Shown: piece by piece, positions 8,144 to 16,660 of the stretch | Numbering within the stretch: the stretch's first letter is position 1 | Layout of the letters: every line of letters starts with the position of its first letter | IMG/VR virus record: IMGVR_UViG_3300036828_000755 | Span: 67,755 to 131,754 of that record | DNA length: 64,000 bases | Source: a virus | Direction: 5' to 3' (one strand) | Notes under the pieces: model-generated | Databases searched by the model: none | Seen by the model: only the letters and a program-made list of their open reading frames with translations | What the model was told of the DNA's origin: nothing | Position numbers and translations under genes: made by a program

Positions 8144-8377
8144 ATGGCAAATTCTTTCTTACCTGCAATATTTACTTGTGGGGCTTGTGGACACGATTAC
8201 AGTGGTTCACACTCGTGTATTACAAATCATGACTTGCGAAATCCCGCAGACCTTGAGCGACTTATGGGAATCATGAAGCGCTTGGTATTGGACGGGTTTA
8301 ACTTCTCACTTGACGGTGACACTCACTCGGTAACTGTTAAGGCGGAACGTCAGCAAGTTAAGTGGACGCTTGGATAA
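8144..8377 (+). CDS. hypothetical protein with CxxC
   Basis: ATG 8144 after GAGG; CGACGH...HSC. Confidence 0.55.
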   Translation: MANSFLPAIFTCGACGHDYSGSHSCITNHDLRNPADLERLMGIMKRLVLDGFNFSLDGDTHSVTVKAERQQVKWTLG

Positions 8378-8394
8378 GGGCTAGCACGAGCATG

Positions 8395-8427
8395 TATTTA
8401 CCGAGCCGGCGGGACGTACCGGTTTTT
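8395..8427 (+). repeat. leader repeat type A, copy 1
   Basis: TATTTACCGAGCCGGCGGGACGTACCGGTTTTT. Confidence 0.85.
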
Positions 8428-8455
8428 CAGTTAAAAGACTCTGGGGAATACTTTA

Positions 8456-8486
8456 CCGATATAAAAGTGTTAACCTGTGTTAAAAT
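8456..8486 (+). promoter_or_regulatory. phage-class promoter
   Basis: CCG-N22-TAAAAT with TG extension, upstream of 8507. Confidence 0.6.
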
Positions 8487-8506
8487 AATAAAGGAGAAGT
8501 GTTGTT

Positions 8507-8842
8507 ATGTTGAACAAAACAAAGCTCATCGTGCTCGATAACCTGATGTACAAGGTTGAGGAGGATGGTCACAAGTACCAGATGCATGCTGACCAGATCC
8601 GCAAAGCGTGCGGACTGAACGAGGGGAAATTGCCCGACAACGAGGAGAACAAGACCTTCAGGTTGGAGAACTGCACGGTGCTCTTCCTGACGAAGGAGGA
8701 CGCGAAGGTCAAGTACCCGAAAGCGAAGCGGCCGTACCGCATGCTCGTGTACTGCCCCAACTTCTCATGCAATGGTAGGCTGATCCCGGCTGGCAAGTTT
8801 CACCAGCACGCCCGGATGATACATAGAAAGGAGGTGAAGTAA
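8507..8842 (+). CDS. hypothetical protein, C-terminal C2H2-like zinc site
   Basis: SD AAGGAG; CPNFSC...FHQHARMIH. Confidence 0.7.
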   Translation: MLNKTKLIVLDNLMYKVEEDGHKYQMHADQIRKACGLNEGKLPDNEENKTFRLENCTVLFLTKEDAKVKYPKAKRPYRMLVYCPNFSCNGRLIPAGKFHQHARMIHRKEVK

Positions 8843-8843
8843 C

Positions 8844-9044
8844 ATGCCAAGGTGCGAAGATTACCCATGCTGCGGTCATGAGGCGGGAGACTGTCCCGAT
8901 TCTCAGGGTCGCATGACGTGCGTCGAGTGTGGTAAGCGTTTGTCAAAGAACGCGGCGTCGTCCATCTGCGCAACTTGCATTCGCAAGATGAATCGCAGGA
9001 TGAGCAATGGCGGCGACGACCACGACTATTCGATGAACTACTAA
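8844..9044 (+). CDS. Cys-rich hypothetical protein
   Basis: CEDYPCCGH..C..C..C..C; SD GGAGG. Confidence 0.7.
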   Translation: MPRCEDYPCCGHEAGDCPDSQGRMTCVECGKRLSKNAASSICATCIRKMNRRMSNGGDDHDYSMNY

Positions 9045-9053
9045 GGAGAAGAA

Positions 9054-9287
9054 ATGCATTTCAAAAACTCTGCGGAGTATAAGGCACACCTCAAAGCTCA
9101 TGGAATAACTTTTGAGGAGAACGAGAGCACTGACCAAGTTAAGTTTGGCTTGGCGAAAGGTATCTTGCTCATCATCGTCTGCGCGTTAATCGGTGCTTTT
9201 TGGGCTCAGGTTGGCAACGATTACCGAAAAGCGCTGGACAATGATCGGCTTGATAAACTTCTAAGCCAGGGTGCATATCGTCCGTAA
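9054..9287 (+). CDS. single-TM hypothetical protein
   Basis: GILLIIVCALIGAFW; SD AAGGAG. Confidence 0.65.
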   Translation: MHFKNSAEYKAHLKAHGITFEENESTDQVKFGLAKGILLIIVCALIGAFWAQVGNDYRKALDNDRLDKLLSQGAYRP

Positions 9288-9302
9288 TTAGAAAGGAGAA
9301 GT

Positions 9303-9821
9303 ATGCTGTACGAAAGAAGAACCGCGATATTCGAGGATATCGCGGAAGCCGAGAGCGTTCCTGAGCTCGACGCGATGGTTCGCCACTGGGAACTTGAGTT
9401 CCCCGAGGCGATCGCCAACGTCGAAATCATGACAGCTGTCGAGAACAGGAAGATGAGTATCCCGGTGCCAGTGGCCGAGGACAACCAATCTATCCTAATG
9501 GGGTTGCTCGAGCAGCTCCAAAAACTTAAGACTGAGCAGCCAACGATCGAGAGGGCGCAGATAACGAGGTCCTCGAGAAAGTACAAGTTGCTCAAGACTG
9601 AGCTGGACTGGACAACAAAACCGCAGATTCACGCGGTGATGAGGATCCTGTCCGCCCACGCCAAGCTAGGAGATGTGCTGGACGAGGGTGACATCGTCGA
9701 GATGATGGTCGCCAACGAGTCGGTGCTGAACACGCGGCAGGGCGGTAAGCGGGTCTGGAACTACTACAAGGGCGACCACTTCGAAGGTCTGTGCGCCCAC
9801 GGGAACATCCAGAAGCTGTAG
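9303..9821 (+). CDS. winged-helix-like paralog family member 1
   Basis: KYKLL...KPQIHAVMRIL...LNTRQGGKRVWNYYKG. Confidence 0.75.
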   Translation: MLYERRTAIFEDIAEAESVPELDAMVRHWELEFPEAIANVEIMTAVENRKMSIPVPVAEDNQSILMGLLEQLQKLKTEQPTIERAQITRSSRKYKLLKTELDWTTKPQIHAVMRILSAHAKLGDVLDEGDIVEMMVANESVLNTRQGGKRVWNYYKGDHFEGLCAHGNIQKL

Positions 9822-9851
9822 TCGTCGGGTGGTGCTACTCTGACGATGTTG

Positions 9852-9886
9852 GATTTACCGAGCCGGCGGGACATACCGGCTTTTTT
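9852..9886 (+). repeat. leader repeat type A, copy 2 (preceded by a GGTGCTAC hairpin, loop 9831-9838)
   Basis: GATTTACCGAGCCGGCGGGACATACCGGCTTTTTT. Confidence 0.9.
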
Positions 9887-9908
9887 AGTTATCAAGGAGA
9901 ACAAGAAC

Positions 9909-10145
9909 GTGGAAGATACTAAAGTAACGATCACAGGAAACGACTATCGTGAGCCGCTTAAGGATCGCAGCGCAGTCATCAATTGCTTGTGTGATATCTG
10001 GGTAGATCTCAACACTGGCAGAGACAATGACGAGCCAGTTGACGTTGACAACCTCTCGCATATGCTTACCAGGGCAAGGGACTTCCTTTGCAAGGAGTGG
10101 AGCATGGATGAGTTTGGGAATTTGACAACGCAGCCTGTAGACTGA
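9909..10145 (+). CDS. hypothetical protein
   Basis: GTG 9909 after AAGGAG. The track start at 9846 runs through the repeat. Confidence 0.6.
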   Translation: MEDTKVTITGNDYREPLKDRSAVINCLCDIWVDLNTGRDNDEPVDVDNLSHMLTRARDFLCKEWSMDEFGNLTTQPVD

Positions 10146-10160
10146 GGTGCTTAACATCCC

Positions 10161-10192
10161 GTATTTACCGAGCCGGCGGGACATACCGGCTT
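10161..10192 (+). repeat. leader repeat type A, copy 3
   Basis: GTATTTACCGAGCCGGCGGGACATACCGGCTT. Confidence 0.9.
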
Positions 10193-10214
10193 ACTACGAA
10201 CTAGGAGAAAATCA

Positions 10215-10487
10215 ATGCAGAAGATCAACTACATGGAACACGACTACGAATACACGGAGATGCAGACCGCGCAACAGACGCAGGTCGCCGGTCTCAGGAG
10301 CTTCTATTGCAGCGAAGCGCCTTTCCCGGTAAGGGAACTGGATGAGGTGGTGTTCTTCGAGGAGCCGGCAGTAATCAAGGTCCCGGACTCTGAGCTCAGC
10401 GAGGTATGCAAATGGTTGCGGCGCGCTGATGTTTGGCTCGCCTTCAAGCCAGCCGTGTACGAGGAAAACGTCCTGGTATTGCGGTAG
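10215..10487 (+). CDS. hypothetical protein
   Basis: SD AGGAG. Confidence 0.65.
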   Translation: MQKINYMEHDYEYTEMQTAQQTQVAGLRSFYCSEAPFPVRELDEVVFFEEPAVIKVPDSELSEVCKWLRRADVWLAFKPAVYEENVLVLR

Positions 10488-10562
10488 TAGTGAATCCCGG
10501 AGATGGGTGCTACGCTCCGGGATCATGCGAGGTGACCTACGCATGCTGATGATCAGGTCGAC

Positions 10563-10592
10563 GTATTTACCGAGCCAGCGGGACATACTGGT
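10563..10592 (+). repeat. leader repeat type A, copy 4 (compensatory stem change)
   Basis: GTATTTACCGAGCCAGCGGGACATACTGGT: CCAG/CTGG replaces CCGG/CCGG. GGTGCTAC hairpin loop at 10506-10513. Confidence 0.9.
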
Positions 10593-10616
10593 AGCATTCG
10601 AACCTAGGAGTGTACC

Positions 10617-11174
10617 ATGAACGCAGAACTGAACAACATCACCGAAAACGTCGAAGTCAAGGAGGTCGAGGTGGTTGTTGACCCAGTCAATGAGGATGGC
10701 ATCATCGCAACGGTGATCAACACCGTTGAAGAACCTAAGGAGGAAGAAGTGGAAGAAGAAGTGAAGAAGGAAGAGCCGATCAGCAACGAGGTGCTGGTCG
10801 GACTCATCGCGGAGCTCACAAAAGAGCTCGCAGCAATCAAGGGAGGTAACACGGGAATGAAGAAGAACCACAAGGTTGGGAAGCCGGTCGCAGGTCGCAA
10901 GTACGTCCTGCTGACCAACACGCTCGAGAAGTGGGGCAAGGTGCCGCAACAGCAGTCGGACATCGCCACGCTGCTCACGAAGTCGTTCAAGGTCGGGGAG
11001 GAGTTCACCGAGGCCGAGGCGTTCGACGCGCTGGTCGACAACAGTGGCGACTACGTCTCCATGACCAAGTCGGTGCAGGACCCGACGTACCTGTTCAAGT
11101 ACTACCGTGGTCTGAAGAACGACGGTAAGTACGCGGGGTTCGTAGCGCGCAACTTCATCAAGCAGATCGGATAA
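10617..11174 (+). CDS. winged-helix-like paralog family member 2 (acidic N-terminus)
   Basis: KYVLL...VPQQQSDIATLL...VQDPTYLFKYYRG. Confidence 0.75.
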   Translation: MNAELNNITENVEVKEVEVVVDPVNEDGIIATVINTVEEPKEEEVEEEVKKEEPISNEVLVGLIAELTKELAAIKGGNTGMKKNHKVGKPVAGRKYVLLTNTLEKWGKVPQQQSDIATLLTKSFKVGEEFTEAEAFDALVDNSGDYVSMTKSVQDPTYLFKYYRGLKNDGKYAGFVARNFIKQIG

Positions 11175-11208
11175 CTCGGAGCACGGGCGCTACTGTGCCG
11201 AGTCGATT

Positions 11209-11241
11209 GGATTTACCGAGCCGGCGGGACATACCGGCTTT
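11209..11241 (+). repeat. leader repeat type A, copy 5 (GGCGCTAC hairpin loop at 11186-11193)
   Basis: GGATTTACCGAGCCGGCGGGACATACCGGCTTT. Confidence 0.9.
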
Positions 11242-11258
11242 ACAACATAAGGAGAAGC

Positions 11259-11459
11259 ATGATTGACAAGCGAGACCTGGCCATATGCACCACCTGTGGC
11301 CAGGAATACGTCAACGTGTACCAGCCAGGGGGATCCATGGAAGGTATGGAAGGCCCTGAGGGTAAGAAGTTCGAATTCCGGGACATCACGGAATGCGTTG
11401 AGTGTTTCGAGGAGTTCGTGAGGTTTGAGTTGATCAGGTTAGAAAAGGAGAAGAAATAA
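11259..11459 (+). CDS. small CxxC/CxxC zinc-ribbon protein
   Basis: CTTC...CVEC; SD AAGGAG. Confidence 0.65.
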   Translation: MIDKRDLAICTTCGQEYVNVYQPGGSMEGMEGPEGKKFEFRDITECVECFEEFVRFELIRLEKEKK

Positions 11460-11462
11460 CAA

Positions 11463-11843
11463 GTGGTGTACAAGGAAATAGACGCTGTTCCAGCAGAAGA
11501 AATTCTTGCTGGTCGTGACCTGAGTATTAAGCGTAAGTATAATCCGGGAGACAAGGTCCTCATAAATGGGATTCAAACAACGGTGTTATGGTTTGAATCT
11601 TTCCCAGGTTCAGGGTATGGCGCAGACGCAATCATGTTTGTTGAGCTGCAGCCAGAATTTGGTGAATCAGACTTTGAGCCGTCCAACAATAGCTGGTCCT
11701 ACCTTCGCAATAAGGAAGGTGAGAGGGTCTTGTTTGATTGGAAAGTCCCGGTATTGGATATTCGCTTGAAACGGATCATTGGTTGGTATAGCCACGGAAA
11801 TAAGAAGTGGACAGTTGAGAAAGTTAGAAAGGGGAAGAAGTGA
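11463..11843 (+). CDS. hypothetical protein (AT-richer than neighbours)
   Basis: GTG start; overlaps the next gene (GTGA). Confidence 0.6.
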   Translation: MVYKEIDAVPAEEILAGRDLSIKRKYNPGDKVLINGIQTTVLWFESFPGSGYGADAIMFVELQPEFGESDFEPSNNSWSYLRNKEGERVLFDWKVPVLDIRLKRIIGWYSHGNKKWTVEKVRKGKK

Positions 11844-12319
11844 AGAAACTACAAGCAGCGATGCGCGACAAGGCCGCCAAGCGGTGGCACGAGGCGCGGG
11901 TAATGTACAAGGTTGGCAGCCCCATGAAGGGTTGCCGCAACTGTGGTGAGGAGGAAGAGGTGGAGGACGGCAAGTGGCAGTTCACTTCCGGGTTCCAGGT
12001 CTTCCGAGCATACAAGCCATGGTGGACGAAGTGGACCTGGAAATGCTGGGAGTGCGGCGCGACCGACTTGGCATGCTGGGCGCCAGACGAGCTAGGACTC
12101 ATCGAGGCCGAGCTAGGCAAAGAACCCCTGTTGGGCAACCGCGAGGGTGTCCGCAAGAAGAAGTACCAGTTGCGCAGGGAAGCAATGCGGCAGATGGACA
12201 AGCCGACGCCTGAGAGGGTCACCTCGAGGGAAGCGGTGAACCCGGAGCATACTGCCAAGATACAAGATCTCGAGGCGAAGTTGGCGTTCCTCGTGGAACA
12301 GTTGAAAGGAAGGAAGTAG
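11840..12319 (+). CDS. zinc-ribbon hypothetical protein
   Basis: CRNC...CWEC; C-terminal coiled coil. Confidence 0.65.
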   Translation: MKKLQAAMRDKAAKRWHEARVMYKVGSPMKGCRNCGEEEEVEDGKWQFTSGFQVFRAYKPWWTKWTWKCWECGATDLACWAPDELGLIEAELGKEPLLGNREGVRKKKYQLRREAMRQMDKPTPERVTSREAVNPEHTAKIQDLEAKLAFLVEQLKGRK

Positions 12320-12786
12320 TGGAACAGAAGGAGGTAGTTGTGGAAGCAGTAAACATCAACCACATCGTTCGCGGCGGCACGGTCGCGAACTACACGTTGA
12401 GGGGAGAGCCAATCAAGCTCAACGGAAAGGAGTTCAGGGGGTACTTCAAGCCAGACGGCGACGGGTACGAGGAGGTCTGGGAAGAGGTGGACCTCGCAGT
12501 CAAGTCCAAGACCGGGATGCGGCTGCGCGGTTCTCGCAAGCAGAAGGCTGCTCGGGCCGCGGTACCGTTCTCGACCATCAAGATCGTCAAGCCACTGGAG
12601 CCGGTTGCTCCAAGGGTCGCGATCGCGGTGTTCGAGGGCAAGAGCACGCAGGAGGTGCGCATCATCGAGCTTGAGGAGAAGATCAAGGCAGTCCTCGGGA
12701 TTGATGAGAAAGCGACCAAGGCGGAGCAAGCTAAGCAGGCCGCGATCAAGCGGCTCAAGGCGAAGTTCGACCGTCGTCGCATCTAG
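12319..12786 (+). CDS. hypothetical protein
   Basis: Stop/start overlap; phage-like codon use. Confidence 0.65.
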   Translation: MEQKEVVVEAVNINHIVRGGTVANYTLRGEPIKLNGKEFRGYFKPDGDGYEEVWEEVDLAVKSKTGMRLRGSRKQKAARAAVPFSTIKIVKPLEPVAPRVAIAVFEGKSTQEVRIIELEEKIKAVLGIDEKATKAEQAKQAAIKRLKAKFDRRRI

Positions 12787-12815
12787 AGTTGACGGCGCTA
12801 CGTCGCTAGGTGCGT

Positions 12816-12848
12816 GGATTTACCGGGCCGGCGGGAAATACCGGCTTT
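12816..12848 (+). repeat. leader repeat type A, copy 6 (GGCGCTAC hairpin loop at 12794-12801)
   Basis: GGATTTACCGGGCCGGCGGGAAATACCGGCTTT. Confidence 0.9.
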
Positions 12849-12865
12849 CACTTAGAGGAGAAGAA

Positions 12866-13033
12866 ATGATCAAGGTAACGGACGTTGAAGCAAGCGGGAC
12901 ACGTAGGATTTCCTACATCGAGCAGGACCGCGTCGAGGGAGTGGACACCGCGAGGGACGAGTGTCCCAAGGGAGGACGCGTCGAGTTGGAGTGGTGCCCG
13001 ACTTTCTTGGAGCGGTTAGAAGAAAAGAAGTAA
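12866..13033 (+). CDS. small hypothetical protein (55 aa)
   Basis: ATG 12866 after GAGGAG. Confidence 0.6.
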   Translation: MIKVTDVEASGTRRISYIEQDRVEGVDTARDECPKGGRVELEWCPTFLERLEEKK

Positions 13034-13043
13034 GCGAAGTGCA

Positions 13044-13071
13044 ATTATAACACGTCAAATGCCATTCTCAA
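13044..13071 (-). promoter_or_regulatory. sigma70-like promoter antisense to the early gene block
   Basis: Minus strand reads TTGAGA-N16-TATAAT with TG extension. Confidence 0.4.
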
Positions 13072-13223
13072 TGAAGCGAGGTAACAAATCCGTGATCTAT
13101 TTTGCAACATACGCTAGGCCGCCGCCTAAGGTAGCCTAGCCAACAGACATTGTCCGATGAGGAAGCCCGAAGTCCCGGACTTTTTGCCCTGCCCGGCGGG
13201 TTCCGGAACCCGGACAAAACAAT

Positions 13224-13264
13224 CCGGGGGAACGTGGTAGTTTCCGCTTTACGATGGTTTTGTG
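13224..13264 (+). promoter_or_regulatory. phage-class promoter
   Basis: CCG-N22-TACGAT-GGTTTTGTG. Confidence 0.5.
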
Positions 13265-13417
13265 AGGGAAATACGCCATGTGCGAAACAAGGCGCGGCGG
13301 GAATGTGCGGGTCTCCGGACCACAGTTGCCGGAACCTGCGGGTCGTCGCCGCGCAAAAACAAACTTGGTGAGCCTGGCGTATTCCGCATTATTATGGTTT
13401 TGTGAGGAGGTAACGCC

Positions 13418-13615
13418 ACGAAATTACACCACGTTGTAGCATTCTTCAAGGTAGATCCCGCGTTCGGGAACTCGGACGAGTTCGCCAAGGTCGGGATCCC
13501 GCGAGTTGGGGCCCCGTGGCTCGTGTCTGTGCCGGGGATCTTGTACTCCGCTGAGCGGAACGAGGTCCTGCGGCAGGCGCTCGAGTTGCAGGACAAGATT
13601 TTCCCGAAGCCCTGA
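13418..13615 (+). CDS. 65-aa protein with non-canonical ACG start
   Basis: SD GAGGAGG 7 nt before ACG; (M)KLHHVVAFFKVDPAFGNSDEFAKVG...DKIFPKP*; phage-typical C/G-ending codons. Confidence 0.55.
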   Translation, partial: TKLHHVVAFFKVDPAFGNSDEFAKVGIPRVGAPWLVSVPGILYSAERNEVLRQALELQDKIFPKP

Positions 13616-13879
13616 ACAGGAACCTGCTAGTTCCCGTGCGGCATTGGCGGGAAGGCGCAGATTCCCGATTCGGGATTCCTGGGCCTGGGATCTAGGGTCT
13701 GGAGATGGGTCCAAAAATGGACAGGGACAGGTGTTGGTTCACTCGAACACCTTGCTACCGTTCGAAAATGTGCGGGTTCAGGTTCGCGGGAACTCCCGAA
13801 AAAGGCTCCAGTCTCTGGTTTCCACTCCCAAGCAACCGGAGGCCAGGGTCTAGTAGCAAAAAAACTTGCCAAAACAAAC

Positions 13880-13919
13880 CCGAAATTGTGGCAAAAGTCT
13901 GCATTACAATGGTCTTGTG
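13880..13919 (+). promoter_or_regulatory. phage-class promoter
   Basis: CCG-N22-TACAAT-GGTCTTGTG. Confidence 0.6.
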
Positions 13920-14009
13920 AGGGTTTGCAACAACGAAAATTACCCAAGAATTACATGCTGCGAGCCACTGTTCTTGCATTCACAAAAATGCAACGGATTC
14001 AAAACAATC

Positions 14010-14050
14010 CCGAACAAAGTGGCAAAAACTGTAGTATAATGGTTTTAGTG
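14010..14050 (+). promoter_or_regulatory. phage-class promoter
   Basis: CCG-N22-TATAAT-GGTTTTAGTG. Confidence 0.65.
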
Positions 14051-14140
14051 AGCAATACGTCACTAAATACTTCTCGGCACGCTCACACGAGCCGAGGAAA
14101 CGACCCGCGTCCATGTGGCGTGGGTTAACTAGGGAGCATC

Positions 14141-14986
14141 ATGCGCAACAAAAACCGCAATCGTGCAAACGAAACCGGTTCCACTGCCGTACTCGACAGC
14201 AGCAACGTCGAGGGGGCACAGGAACTGCCAACCACAACCACCAACGAGGGCAAACCCCTGTCCGAGTGGACCCGCGAGGAACTCCTCGCAAAACTCACGG
14301 ACGCTGATCCCGAGGGAATCTCATCTGCCCTCGAGATGAGCGACGAGGGCCTGCGCGAGCTCGTGCAGATCGTGCTCGATGACCCGGAAGCTGGCGAGGA
14401 TGTCGTCCTTGAGTCCAGCGACGACGCTGTCGCGGAAGTCCCGGCGACCGAGCCAATCGTCGAGGTTGTCCCGGAAGCTCCGGTGACCGAGCAGCCCGCC
14501 GTGTCCGAACCCCCTGTTGCTGAGGTTCCGGCAACAATCGAACCGGCTGCTCAGCAGGAAACGCCCGCAACCACGGAGGTTGTGGCGCTCGACCTCTCGG
14601 GCATCCCCGAGTCTGCGCTCAAGGTCATCACCACCCTCATGGACGAGATCAACAAGCTCAAGGCCCGCGGCCCCGGTCGCAAGGTCGCGAGCGGTTCTAC
14701 TCCTCGCCCGAACGTGGTGTACACGCTGCTGGCAAAGCCGCCGGCGTGGCACAACACACCGCAGGTTGCCCAGCTCGAGCAAATCCTGTTTGCTCCCGAG
14801 GTTGCCGCGAAGTTCACCGTCGAAGTCCAGGGCAAGCCCACGGTCCAGATCAAGGAACCGGACATGTTCGCCCTCATCGAGGACGGCAAGACCCGCGGCG
14901 TGCTTCGCACTCGCCAGCCCGCTGTCCGGATCTTCCAGTACTACCGGTCGGACCTGATCGCGGCCAACGTCCTCGTCCAGCAGTAA
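14141..14986 (+). CDS. winged-helix-like paralog family member 3 with acidic, Pro/Ala-rich linker
   Basis: VYTLL...TPQVAQLEQIL...LRTRQPAVRIFQYYRSDLI. Confidence 0.75.
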   Translation: MRNKNRNRANETGSTAVLDSSNVEGAQELPTTTTNEGKPLSEWTREELLAKLTDADPEGISSALEMSDEGLRELVQIVLDDPEAGEDVVLESSDDAVAEVPATEPIVEVVPEAPVTEQPAVSEPPVAEVPATIEPAAQQETPATTEVVALDLSGIPESALKVITTLMDEINKLKARGPGRKVASGSTPRPNVVYTLLAKPPAWHNTPQVAQLEQILFAPEVAAKFTVEVQGKPTVQIKEPDMFALIEDGKTRGVLRTRQPAVRIFQYYRSDLIAANVLVQQ

Positions 14987-15001
14987 GTTGGGGTCTGCTC
15001 T

Positions 15002-15035
15002 CCCTGGCCTCTCGTGCTCTTGCGAGAGGCTAGGG
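15002..15035 (+). terminator. long hairpin after the stop codon (possible terminator or processing site)
   Basis: CCCTGGCCTCTCG-loop-CGAGAGGCTAGGG; no clear U-tract. Confidence 0.4.
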
Positions 15036-15236
15036 ACTCCGCAGATTTGCAAGGAAAAAGCTCAATTCTTGCCTGCAAGATTGCCCGAAAATCGCAAATT
15101 CGGACAAGCTTTGCTTTTATCTTGTTGACCTCTCTTGCAGTACTTTGGTACCAAAGATGGCTCCGCGTCGAGTAAATCCTTACACGGTGCGAGGCGACCT
15201 TTGGGTCCAAGTTATTGGAACCATTGAAAGGAACCA

Positions 15237-15599
15237 GTGCAAATGGCAGTACTAACGTGCCGGAGTCACCCAGACTTGAGGTGGCATTGCAAGGACATCG
15301 CCATAACCGGGGGAAAATACAACGGGATGCGGCACATCTTCTTCTCGGGACGGCTTCGCCGGCACGATGCAGCGGGTGATGGGAAACTAGTCCCAGTGTT
15401 CTACAGCGACATGAGCGGGGTCGACTGTGACAGGTTCGACGAGGTTGCTCGCAAGGAAATCAAGGAGTGCGAGTGTCCTAGCTCAGACCTCGAGCTGGCG
15501 CCGGAGGACGCGGAGATCCACGTCGGCTGGCGCGACAAGGATGACAACTGGGTCAAGGGACCCAGGAAGGATGCCCCGAAGGAGGCAGAAACGTTTTAA
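15237..15599 (+). CDS. hypothetical Cys-containing protein
   Basis: SD AAGGA. Confidence 0.6.
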   Translation: MQMAVLTCRSHPDLRWHCKDIAITGGKYNGMRHIFFSGRLRRHDAAGDGKLVPVFYSDMSGVDCDRFDEVARKEIKECECPSSDLELAPEDAEIHVGWRDKDDNWVKGPRKDAPKEAETF

Positions 15600-15600
15600 C

Positions 15601-15828
15601 ATGGAAAAGCTGTACAACTACAAGGTGACCGGCAACGGCCAGTTCCCCCTGGATATGTTGCGGTACGACTCGTGCTTCCCGGGAGACCCGGACGCGGTGT
15701 CGAAGCTCTGCATCGACCGCAAGGACCCGTTCTTCAAGGAACCCAGGACGGTCAAGGTTACCGGGTGCGCCAAGCCGACGGTTGCCCGCTGGGCCTCGTT
15801 CGGGTGGACGGTGGAGGCGTTGCCGTGA
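15601..15828 (+). CDS. hypothetical phage protein (FPLDMLRYD motif)
   Basis: ATG 15601; GQFPLDMLRYDSCFP. Confidence 0.7.
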   Translation: MEKLYNYKVTGNGQFPLDMLRYDSCFPGDPDAVSKLCIDRKDPFFKEPRTVKVTGCAKPTVARWASFGWTVEALP

Positions 15829-16088
15829 TCTTTGACGTGGAAGCATTCGTGAAGAAGATCGAGGAAGCCTCGCTCCACGTCAAGGACGTGGTCGACGAGA
15901 CGGTCAGGGAAGACCTAGACCCGGTGGAAAACGTTGGCAGGGTCTCGCACTACTGCTTCGAGATCGGGGAAATCCTGGCCGATGTCATGGAAGCGATAGT
16001 TTCCAGGGTTCCGCTCGAAGATGTGCAAAAGGCGATAATCGACGAGTACCTCACGTCCTACGTCCCGACGGAGGAAGAGAAAAGTTGA
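15825..16088 (+). CDS. hypothetical acidic protein
   Basis: GTGA overlap; SD GGAGG. Confidence 0.65.
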   Translation: MIFDVEAFVKKIEEASLHVKDVVDETVREDLDPVENVGRVSHYCFEIGEILADVMEAIVSRVPLEDVQKAIIDEYLTSYVPTEEEKS

Positions 16089-16285
16089 AGATCAAGATTG
16101 AGAAGGGCATCCCGATCACGCACAGGATAAGGAACAGCGGCGTTAACGACGCGATCCAATCCCTCGAAGTCGGCGACAGCTTCAAGATTCCTGACGGCAT
16201 AGTCGTTGCGGGGCTGTACACGCTCGCGAGGCGCGCAGGTATCAAGGTCACGATACATGACCGAAGGTTGTGGAGGACAGGATAA
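16085..16285 (+). CDS. small putative DNA-binding phage protein
   Basis: IEKGIPI...LEVGDSF.IP...R.W pattern common in phage small proteins. Confidence 0.65.
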   Translation: MKIKIEKGIPITHRIRNSGVNDAIQSLEVGDSFKIPDGIVVAGLYTLARRAGIKVTIHDRRLWRTG

Positions 16286-16288
16286 GGC

Positions 16289-16660
16289 ATGAGTCCTAAG
16301 GTAAAAGATATGTTTGCTCGCCTCGAACAGCTGGGCTTACTCCCAGAACAGTTTGCGAATCCTCGCAAGCTCCGCAGATGGAGGAATAGGTTGCAAAAGA
16401 AGACACAACAGGAAGTGGTAGGGACTCCAGTTCCCAGGAAACACAACAGGGACGAAATAGAGAAGGTTTCGGCGAAACTCCTCACCGACCTGAGGCAGGA
16501 AGTCCAACTCACGCACAACCAGGCTGTTGGGGGTCCGAACACTGTCGCGTTCGTCCAGTCGATGATCAGCCAGGTCACCGACATCGAAGACGTCGGGAAA
16601 TTAGCAGAGGTTTGCTTTGCCGCAGGAATCATAGTAGGGTCTAGGTTGAAACAGCCATGA
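16289..16660 (+). CDS. hypothetical protein
   Basis: Operonic ORF. Confidence 0.6.
   Translation: MSPKVKDMFARLEQLGLLPEQFANPRKLRRWRNRLQKKTQQEVVGTPVPRKHNRDEIEKVSAKLLTDLRQEVQLTHNQAVGGPNTVAFVQSMISQVTDIEDVGKLAEVCFAAGIIVGSRLKQP

Noticed and set aside
1-13000. CRISPR array (either the 18-nt array or the six 33-nt repeats)
   Set aside because: Spacers are 9 nt in the first case and whole genes in the second, and no cas genes are present.
13150-14128. The several track ORFs on both strands in this gap
   Set aside because: Low-complexity Arg/Pro/Gly translations without SDs. Only the ACG-start ORF shows phage codon use.
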